From positions 62,001 through 126,000 of the forward strand of contig NW_021832565.1 in the NCBI RefSeq assembly GCF_006345805.1: a stretch of 64,000 bases of DNA. The letters run 5' to 3'. Origin of the DNA: Octopus sinensis. Lineage: Eukaryota. Made by a program: the position numbers and the translations under genes. The notes below the pieces were generated by a model. The model was given only the letters and a program-made list of their open reading frames with translations. It searched no databases and was not told the origin of the DNA. The stretch's first letter is position 1. Every line of letters begins with the position of its first letter. Below, piece after piece: positions 40,068 to 50,051 of the stretch.

Positions 40068-40306
40068 GAGGACTTAACTCCTGTTTGTAAAGAATTTCTC
40101 TGACTTGAAAATTGTTAAAAGTTTTGGTTGAAAATTTATTTTTACTGCTATTCGCTGGTGCCTCCGAGAAAAATAAGTTGATGAAAATACAGCTAGGATT
40201 ATGACGAATGTCCTAAAATTGGAGCGACATGCATGCTAATTTGTGGGCATGCTTAAATTACATTCACGTATATACACACACACATCCTGCCTTTTATATA
40301 TACTGA
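40068..40306 (-). mobile_element. Diverged 5' portion of the same Helitron-like family
   Basis: Reverse complement tataaaaggcaggatgtgtgtgtg...cacaaattagcatgcatgtc.ctccaattttagga...ttttcaacc..aactttta aligns to 57510-57740. Confidence 0.7.
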
Positions 40307-41131
40307 TATATATGTCTGTATATATCTGAATATATATATATTGTATATATTTATATTATATATGTCTGTATGTATATGCATATGTTTATTATATATATAT
40401 ATGTATATATGTGCGTGTGTGTATGTATGTATACACGCACATTCACATGTATATTTATATGCATGTATAACAATTTTAAAACTATGTTTCTTACTAATAG
40501 CTTGTTATGTGTGATAATATTCTCAGTGAATATAAACATAACCGCTACCACTACTACAGCTGTTAACTTTTCTAAATATCATATTTATGATAATGCTTAA
40601 CAAAGTAACAGTAAATAAATACTAATTATTATTGTATAATCTTCATTGTAGTATCTGCACCATTAATATAAAGATTGGACCAAATCATTATTGTGACAGA
40701 CAAACTGCTTTGAGGGATTTTTTCTGGTTCCTTAGATTCTGTGTTCAAATTCTGCTGAGGTCAACTTTACCCTTTTCCTGTTTGGGGTGGTGGAAGGGGT
40801 TAATAAAATATGGTTGAGTTAATTGATGGGATCACTATCGTCAGCTTGCCCTCTCCTGTCAAAATTGCTGACCTTGTGTCAAGATTAGAGTGAATTGGTA
40901 TTGATATTATTACTATTAAAGTGGCGAGCTGGCAGAATCGTTAGCATGCTGGACGAAATGCTTAGTGGTATTTTGTCTGCTGTTATGTTCTGAGTTCAAA
41001 TTCCACTGAGGTCGAGTTTGCTTTTCATCCTTTTGGGATCAATAAATTAGGTACCAGTTGAGTACTGGGAGTTGATGTAATTGACAATCCCCCTCCCCTA
41101 GATTTCATAGCTTGTGCTTATAGTAGAAAGG

Positions 41132-41162
<31 letters not shown>

Positions 41163-41200
41163 TTTAAAAAGGATTGACGTAACTCTTCACAAAGGTAAAC

Positions 41201-41304
41201 AGTCAAGACGAAGAGTGCGATTCGATTGTAAGACAGTCGTACTGTTGAAATATCGTTCTACTAATAAACTTTCTTACAATCGAATCGTGCTCTTCGTCTT
41301 GACT
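41201..41304. repeat. 33-bp inverted repeat with 38-nt spacer
   Basis: 41201-41233 versus 41272-41304; the only two non-Watson-Crick positions are adjacent G-U pairs on the plus strand. Confidence 0.9.
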
Positions 41305-41391
41305 ATTATTATTATTATTTTTATTATTATTTTTATTATTATCATTATTTTTATTATTATCATTATTCAAGAATTTGTATCCTTGTGGTAC

Positions 41392-41836
41392 CAGTGCCGG
41401 TGGCACGTGGCACACAAGAAAACCATCCGAACGTGGCCGTAGCCAGTACCGCATCGACTGGCCTCCGTGCTGTGGGCACGTAACAAGCACCATCCGATCG
41501 TGGCCGTTTGCCAGCCTCATCTGGCACCTGTGTCGGTGGCACATAAAAACACCATCCGAGCGTGGCCGTCTGCCAGCCTCGTCTGGCACCTGTGTCGGTG
41601 GCACATAAAAACACCATCCGAGCGTGGCCGTTTGCCAGCCTCGTCTGGCACCTGTGTCGGTGGCACATAAAATCACCCACTACACTCTCGGAGTGGTTGG
41701 CGTTAGGAAGGGCATCCAGCTGTAGAAACACTGCCAGATCTGACTGGACTGGTGCAGCTTTCGGGCTCCCCAGACCCCAGTTGAACCGTCCAACCCATGC
41801 TAGCATGGAAAGCGGACGTTAAATGATGATGATGAT
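41392..41836 (+). mobile_element. Retroposon family C: 62-bp hairpin minisatellite body with RTE-like 3' tail and (GAT)n end
   Basis: Five gtg(c/t)cggtggcac-type units, with 62-bp period at 41528/41590/41652, then gtggttggcgttaggaagggcatccagctgtagaaac...acgttaaatgatgatg. Confidence 0.85.
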
Positions 41837-42094
41837 CATCATTATTATTATTATTATCATTATTATTATTATTATCATTATTATTATTGAAGGTGGCAAG
41901 CTGGCAGAATCAATTAGTATGCCAGGCAAAATGCCTAGCAGCAGCATTTCACCCACCTTTATGTCCTGAGTTCAAATTCTTCTGAGGTTGGCTTTACCTA
42001 TCATCCTTTCAGCATTGATAAAATAAATACTGAGGTCCATGTAATTGACTAGTGCCCTCCAGCAAATTTCAGGCCATGTGCCTTCAATAGAAAA

Positions 42095-42160
42095 GATTAT
42101 TATCATTATTGTTATTATTATTATTACTTTTATTATTATTGTTATTATTGTTATTATTAC

Positions 42161-42203
<43 letters not shown>

Positions 42204-42390
42204 TTTATCATCATCATCACCATCATTATTATTATTATTATTATTATCATTATTATTATTATTATCATTATTATTATTATTACTTTTATTAATATTATTA
42301 CTTTTATTGTTATTATTATCATCATCATCCTCATCATCATCATTATCATCATCATCATTATCATCGTCATCATCATCATCATCATCATTA
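42095..42390. repeat. (ATT)n/(ATC)n trinucleotide microsatellite
   Basis: Direct observation; related triplet tracts at 27250-27450, 35190-35280, 42605-42780 and 45635-45770. Confidence 0.97.
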
Positions 42391-42640
42391 CTGAGGTGGT
42401 GATTAGGCAAAATTGTAAACACACCAGGAAAAATGCTTAGCAGCATTTCTTCAGTTTTTATGTTCTTAGTTCAAATTCTGCTGAGGAAAACTTTGTCTTT
42501 CATCCCTCTGGCACCAATGAAACAAGTACCAGTTCAGCACTGGGGGTTATGGTAATCGACTTACTCACTCTCCAGAAATTGCTAACCGCATGGCAAAATT
42601 CGAAACCATCATCATCACCACCACCACCACCACCACCACC

Positions 42641-42674
<34 letters not shown>

Positions 42675-43144
42675 TCATCAATATCAGTAGTAGTAGTAGT
42701 AGTAACAGCAGCAGTAGCAAAGATGGCAATTGTGGGATGGTGGTGGTGGTGGTGGTGGAGTTTGGTGGTGTTGGTGGTAGCTGCAGTGCATGATGATGTT
42801 GCTCTCATTTCACGTTACTAATCAGCAAACGTGCTTCCTTTAATTGTCACTATGATCAACTGCAGAGCAACATGCAATTCAGTAGTTAAACATGCATTTG
42901 CACATTCATATATGCACATACACACACACATACACACATATGCACACACATATAAACACACATGCACAAACTCACCAGCATATTCTATTCATAGACATGT
43001 AGTCAAACACTCAAGTCTAACACACCATACAGAATATGTTATGCACAGTTGTTCATATATATACATGGCAGTGATATATACACATATACACTGCCTACAT
43101 CATAAATATATATACATACATGTATATATATATATATATGTGTG

Positions 43145-43322
<178 letters not shown>

Positions 43323-45669
43323 GTATATGGAAATATTTGGTATCACTTCTAATGATGCATATGTTAGCGAGCATGCATGCTACACATGTATTTGTAGAGC
43401 TTGAACATATATGGACAGCCAATTATTTACATTTCTCCTCTTCCTAAAATGCTTATTAATAAATTAGATTTATGTTGTAACATATTTCTGATATATGTGT
43501 ATGCATGTGAATACATATATATGTGTGTGTATGTATATGTGTGTGTGTTGCATATTTGTATTCGGATGTGTATTTGTGCATATAAAGTCATGTGTGTGTA
43601 TGCATGTATATGTGTTAATATATATATACATGAATGTATGTATGTGTGAGTCTGTTTAGATGTGTATGTCCTATTGATAATTATATAAATATGCAGAGTA
43701 ATCTTATGCATAACTATAGAGATGATATAAATATTCAACATATGGTTTTCTGAGCTCAAATCTCACTTAGGTCTTAGAAACTATTACTATTATACTTGGA
43801 AACATAAATGAATAAATGGGAATGCATATGATCATATATATGTATATATGTATATATGTATATATGTGTATATGTGTGTGTGTGTGTTGTGTGTGTGTGT
43901 GTGCATGTGTGTAAATATGCATGTGTACATGTGTGTCTTTGTGTCTGTGTTTATCCCCCACCACTGCTCGACAACCGATGTTGGTGTGTTTATATTCTTG
44001 TAACTTAGCAGTTTGGCAAAAGAGACAGATAAAATAAGTACCATGTTTAAGATAAAATAAGTACTGGGATCAAATCATTTGACTAAAATTCTTCAAAACA
44101 ATGCCCCGACATGGCCACAGTATACCGACTGGAACAAGTAAAAGATAAAAGAATGTACAGACTCTTCTACTGCTTTTACCTTGCACATATGATGTACATA
44201 GTATGTTTCTGCTGTTTCTTACTTAACTCACCACCTGTATCATTCACACCTGTTAGTATATGTGCATCCTCATTCAGTTTTTCCCAATTTTTTCTATTAT
44301 ACTGAACGTTCTTGTGTGTTGCTTTCACTGCAATCTGGAAGCTGCTGTCTGATATAACAATTTTGGTCAGGTTCTTGTGCAACAGGTAACGTTTTGTTAT
44401 TTCACCAGTTATATTTGCCAGTCAAGGACCAGAATATTGTCAGCTATTTTGCCATATATATATATATGGCAGGGAAAGCTATATTTCTCACTTAGCTGCC
44501 TTATTTCCTTTTACCTCACCTCTAGAGAATGCATTCTGACACTATCCTTTCATATGGACTTGAGTGAAAACAGCATACATAGCAGAATCTGCCACTGTCT
44601 TCTCGCATTTTCTTTTGTCTTAAATAACATGGTAAGCTGAACTAGAAGTGATTTGCTAATTTCTATTTCCACCAAGATAAAAGTATGAATCTTATCTTTT
44701 TTCTTATTTTTACTTTTCTACCAATATTTTCTTGTAAACTTGTGCCAAACTTAAGAATATTCATCTAATGTTATTTCTGAAGTACTGAATTACGTATTTG
44801 CCCTTACACACAAGAAAATGAATACAAACATTTTTTGCACCACATTATGTTTGTGTATTGATGTTAAATATTGAAACTTGTCTACATCTGAATCACCAGC
44901 CAAACAAGTTTGTTACTTTTTTATCAATATGCATTGCCTTCATTTTCATTTTCAGCCAGCATTCCCAACCTTTGTAACAGCACATACTGTTTAATCACTT
45001 TTAATGAGGTTCTACTTAGACTGGATTGCAGCAATGCTTTGAAAAAAACTGATATATGTAACTTTATTATTGCTAACTCTTCAAGCCTAAATCTGTGCCC
45101 AAATACCATACACACACACACATAAACTGTATAAAAATAATATATATGTGTATATATGTACATATGTATGTATATATGTACGTATATATTTACGTATATA
45201 TATATGTATTTATAAAAAAACTACATCATTTATAGATACATATATATATCAAGAAAGAGATGGATGGAGATAGTATTTTTGCACCAGTAAAAAGTTATCC
45301 TTTTAACTGATAATTACGGATATTTCAAAATGGTAACTTTTGCTTTTACCTGTTCAGTAATTGTTTATTTTGTGAAGAATAAGGAAATAATATTTGTATA
45401 CACACTGATTGATAATGCTCTATAAAATCATGGCAGAAATATTTATTATTTCAGGTATCATAGTGCTGATGTATCCTGATAAATATTTGGATTGTTTTAG
45501 TGAATTATGTTGCTTCTTAGTACATGTATGTATGTATGTATGTATGTATGTATGTATGTATGTATGTATGTATGTATGTATGTATGTATGTATGTATGTG
45601 TGTGTGTGTGTGTTTGTGTATGTGTGTTTATGTATAATAATAATAATAATGATAATGATAATAATAATC

Positions 45670-45700
<31 letters not shown>

Positions 45701-45934
45701 TAATAGTAATAATATAATAATAATAATAATAATAATATAACAATAATAATGATAATAATAATGATGATGATGTTTATCCCCCACCATGATGATGAAATTA
45801 TTGTGTATCATGCTTAGGTGCTTTACAAGTCATCAAAGGTGCATCTATAGTACATAGAATTATGTACAAAAATCAGGATAATGAACAGTGCACAAGTCAT
45901 AGTATACATACATGCATGCATATGGAGTGGGAAT

Positions 45935-46094
45935 ATCAGGTGTAGTGTTGGCGAATTTCAGGAAGCATGGAGGTTTTAAAGGATGCAATGTCTCGGCAGC
46001 TAACAAATGGTGCAGGTAGTTTGTACCATGCTTCAGCAACTCTGAGTGTAAAAAATGTTTCTGAAAGTCATGGAAGCCGTGTTGTTTTCTGACT
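45935..46094 (-). mobile_element. 3' end of ORF2 from a second CR1/L2-type LINE family
   Basis: Minus strand reads, across a frameshift, RKQHGFHD..KHFFTLRVAEAWYKLPAPFVSCRDIASFKTSM, matching the CR1 F.S.RV...WN.LP...FK C-terminus. Confidence 0.65.
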
Positions 46095-46236
46095 ATCAGT
46101 CTCTTTTGCCAAACTGCAGAGTTACGAAGACACACCAGCATCGGTTGTCAAGTCATGGAAGCCGTGTTGTTTTCTGACTATCAGTCTCTTTTGCCAAACT
46201 GCAGAGTTACGAAGACACACCAGCATCGGTTGTCAA
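46067..46236. repeat. Exact 85-bp tandem duplication
   Basis: 46067-46151 is identical to 46152-46236, with AAGT microhomology at the junctions. Confidence 0.95.
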
Positions 46237-46270
46237 GTGATGGTGGGGGGACAAGCACAGACACACAAAC

Positions 46271-46317
<47 letters not shown>

Positions 46318-46470
46318 CTTCTTTCAGTTTCCATCTACCAAATTCACTCATAAGGCTTTGGTTGATCTGAGGCTATAGTAGAAGACACTTGCCCAAGGTG
46401 CCACACAGTGGAACGATCTGAACCTGGAACTATGTGGTTGGGAAGCAAGCTTCTTACCCAACAGTCACGT
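46095..46470 (-). mobile_element. SINE family A lacking its tail
   Basis: Reverse-complement match, partly inside the 85-bp duplication. Confidence 0.75.
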
Positions 46471-47558
46471 CTGTACCTATATATATATTTCTATTTTTTA
46501 GTCCCCCACATAAGCTCTGTTTGAGGAGACATTTGTTCAAAGCCATTTCTGATTAGTAGCAGATAAGACTTTATTATCTAAAACCTCCTTTTCGTTTTAA
46601 TGAAGCATAATGTTATTTGTGTCTAAATCAGTCAATATTTTTAGCAGTTCAAGGGATTGTTTAAAGACTCTCTTGTAGGCTGGTTTTTGTACACATAAGT
46701 TGTGACTGTTTACTCACAGGCCAGCCTTGACTGTGTAGACTTATGATGAAATGTATTCCAGCTATAATCATCTTTTCTATTTTTGTTTATTCTTACTTTC
46801 TCAAGCATGTGTTGTAGATTACATTATCTGTGTTTCTTTTTGAATATGTATGGTATGTTTTGAGGAAGATTTGGTTGCTATTTCTAGCAGACAAAGAAAC
46901 TACATCAAGACTCTATCATTGGCTCTTATATGTATGTATGTATCTGTTTTACTGCCAGATATTACTACCTCTATGGCATATGCCTATAACTAGATCCATT
47001 GGTGATAATGATACATACATTTTGAGTTCACCGTTTAATTTAATTTGCCTTTATCTCAAATGTTCTGCATTAGCAAATACACTCAAATTCACTGGACTTT
47101 CAAAGTAGTTACAAGAAAGTTCCTCTTGTGATATAAATATCTGGTTCATCACCTAAACATCTTAGACTGCATCAGTTTTTGGCACAAACTTGGTAAATAT
47201 AAGTTCACAAGCATATTATCTGTATTAACAATAATCTTTCAGTCTGTGTTCCAGGCAAGGCTTTGCTTAACACTGCAGTCTTACACAGACTATGTTTGAA
47301 AAGAAAGCAATGGGTTGCATTAGATGATATATAAGCAGTGTATTTCATCAAAAATACTGTGTTAAACAGGTAAGATAACATCAATTTAGGTGCAGAAATA
47401 ACTGTGTGAATATGGTGTTCACCTTCATAAGCACATTGTATTTGAGTTCTCTTGCTCTCTACATGGGAACTTGGGTAAGTGTCTTCTTACTTTCGCCTCA
47501 GGGTGCCAAATGCCTTGTGAGGGGAACTGATTGATACAAACTGTATGGAAGCCTATTA

Positions 47559-47606
<48 letters not shown>

Positions 47607-48322
47607 ATATGCATGTGTGTGTCATGGCACATGTGGCCTAGTGGTTAGGGAGTTGCACTCATGATTGCTAGATTGTGGATTCAATTCCTAGACCAAGTTG
47701 TCCAGTCCACTCAGCTGAAATGGGTAACCCAGTGATGAACTAGTCTTCCAAGTAGGGGGAATGTTGGTAGCCAGAGGGTTGCACCATTCAAAAACTAAAA
47801 GGATGCAAAGCACATCATGGCCAGTGATGCATTATGACATCTAAAAGTTTGGTCATTCACATGATCATGTGATGCATATATATAGATATATGGCTGTATG
47901 AGTTAGGTGTTAAGCAACCATCTAAAGTATAATGAATATCCAATATACTACAGGATGTATACCTACACATTTATATCCAAGTGCACCACACAAACGTGGC
48001 TGATGCCAGCACCGCCTTCACTGGCTTCCGTGCCTGTGGTATGTAAAAAGCACCATCCAATCATGGTCAATGCCAATCCCCTCTGACCCCTGTACCACCC
48101 ATTACACACTCGGAGAGGTTGGCATTAGAAACACTGCCTGATCAGACTGGAGTCTGGTGCAGCGGCCTGGCTTCCCAGACCCCAGTCGAACTGTCCAACT
48201 CATGCCAGAATGGAAAATGGACATTAAACGATGATGATGATGATGATGTTTACCATTGCAAGGCAGTATCACAATTGAATACTAGGGATGACTGGGGGTA
48301 AAACAGAAATTTACCCAGAATT

Positions 48323-48591
48323 TATAAGGCAAATAAGAAAATGGAGAGGATAATCAATTGATAAGCATCAGCATGTAAACATTCATTTATATCTATTTAT
48401 TAATTGATTACAATCATATGTATGTCATCAAAATAAACAAATGAAATAAGCAAATAAACAAGTAAATAAATCATTCATTCATTTGTTTATTTTGATTACT
48501 TATACATATAAGTGTAATCAATAAATATATATAAAAGAATGTTTACAGACTGATGTCTGTCAATTGAGTATCCTCACCATTTTCTTATTTG

Positions 48592-48598
<7 letters not shown>
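48323..48598. repeat. Diverged fold-back (~120-bp arms, 32-nt spacer)
   Basis: 48323-48445 versus 48478-48598. Confidence 0.85.
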
Positions 48599-48661
<63 letters not shown>

Positions 48662-48677
48662 ATATTGTATATATAAT

Positions 48678-49080
48678 TTTTCAGATACTCTGTCTTCTAA
48701 TTAGCCTTAAGATTAAATTAAATAACGTTTAATATTACCCACACTCTAATATAATATTAATATTGCTAATATATTTTCAGATACTCTATCTCCAAATTAG
48801 CCTTAAGATTAAATAACGTTTTTTTACCCACACTCTAATATAATATTAATATTGCTAATATATTTTCAGATACTCTATCTCCTAATTAGCCTTAAGATTA
48901 AACAACGTTTTTATCCACACTCTAATATAATATTAATATTGCTAATACATTTTCAGATACTCTATCCCCTAATTAGCCTTAAGATTAAATAACGTTTTTA
49001 CCCAAATAACGTTTTTACACAAACTTTAATATTGTTAATATTTCTTTTTCAAGTACTCTATCTTCTAATTAGCCTTAATA
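48678..49080 (+). repeat. Tandem array of ~4.5 monomers (87-96 bp) in the LINE 5' region
   Basis: Unit ttttcagatactct..taattagccttaagattaaataacgttt..cacactctaatataatattaatattgctaata starts at 48678, 48774, 48863 and 48950, with a partial unit at ~49045. Confidence 0.9.
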
Positions 49081-49139
49081 TCTTCCTGTCTTCTCTCGAA
49101 CATAATTAGATAGATAAACGGATAGACGGATTATCCAGC

Positions 49140-50051
49140 ATGTCCAGAGCATGGAGACCTGACGAGCTGGATTTATTCATACAAGCATGGGAGTGCGCCG
49201 GCGGAGATAGCCCTAGCGAGGTGATTGCGGCTGCGCTGAAGAGCAGAGGCTACAAGAAGACAGCGGCTCAGATGGAGCGAAAGAGACGGGAATTCGTGCG
49301 CTCATATGCGCTTGTACGGTCGCACATTGGCGGACTTGATGCCATCTTTGAGAACGAGCGGGGCAAAGATGGCAAGAATGGAGATGATGAAAGAAGTCAC
49401 CCCCACCTGGTGGACGCCCGGGAGGAGGTTTTGAATGAGAAACCTGCCCGGGAAGTGAACCCAGGTGCAAGTTCTCCAACCGGCAGCAAGGGCCATGGAG
49501 ACGGAGAACCCGGTGAAGAGGTAGAGGGAGGAAGAAGAACTAAAAGAAAGACTGGAAGAGCTAAAGGAAAAGAAAAAGCTCAAGCAGGACCAAAGAGTGA
49601 AACAACCAGGAATAGAAGTGGAACCGCAAAGGATGGAACCAAACAGCGCACACGGGTGTGTATGTTCTACCTGAGAGGTTCCTGCTGGCATGGAAAGGAA
49701 GGTGCAGGCTGCCGCTTTGCACATCGGGGACCCTGCCACAGAGACACGAGGCAGATGGACAAATCATCAACACAAAGAAAAGGGATGGACCACGCACCAC
49801 CTGCTCCAAAGCGGAGGTACGCAGATGTTGTGCGCGCCACAAACAGCCAACATGATGTTGTCGAAAGAGCAGCTGCTGAGCAACAATCTTTTTTGTGCAT
49901 AGCACAAAAGATTGTACAGCAGCTGACCTGGCTTCATCAAACCCAAGCCCGCAGGTGGGACTACCCACTATATACCAGACCACCACAGCAAACAGACACA
50001 GGATGGACACCGCCGGCAACAACGTACACCTCACCTCGATACTCCTACTGA
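49140..50051 (+). CDS. LINE ORF1 protein (303 aa): N-terminal Myb/SANT-like trihelix domain, low-complexity basic linker, CCCH zinc finger
   Basis: Uninterrupted ATG-to-TGA ORF directly upstream of and overlapping ORF2. Motifs W-RPD-E-LDLF-I-QA-W...IAAAL-KSR-GY-KK-T-AA-Q-MER-K and C174-x7-C182-x8-C191-x3-H195 (nt 49659-49724). Confidence 0.85.
   Translation: MSRAWRPDELDLFIQAWECAGGDSPSEVIAAALKSRGYKKTAAQMERKRREFVRSYALVRSHIGGLDAIFENERGKDGKNGDDERSHPHLVDAREEVLNEKPAREVNPGASSPTGSKGHGDGEPGEEVEGGRRTKRKTGRAKGKEKAQAGPKSETTRNRSGTAKDGTKQRTRVCMFYLRGSCWHGKEGAGCRFAHRGPCHRDTRQMDKSSTQRKGMDHAPPAPKRRYADVVRATNSQHDVVERAAAEQQSFLCIAQKIVQQLTWLHQTQARRWDYPLYTRPPQQTDTGWTPPATTYTSPRYSY

Noticed and set aside
41465-41670. 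CRISPR-like array of palindromic 62-bp repeats
   Set aside because: The intervening sequences are near-identical rather than unique spacers, the context is eukaryotic with no cas genes, and the array is the body of a dispersed retroposon.
44176-44640. Strong donor-like sites (minus GTG|gtgagt; plus ATG|gtaagc) with open frames
   Set aside because: The strands conflict, there is no protein similarity and there are no linking exons.
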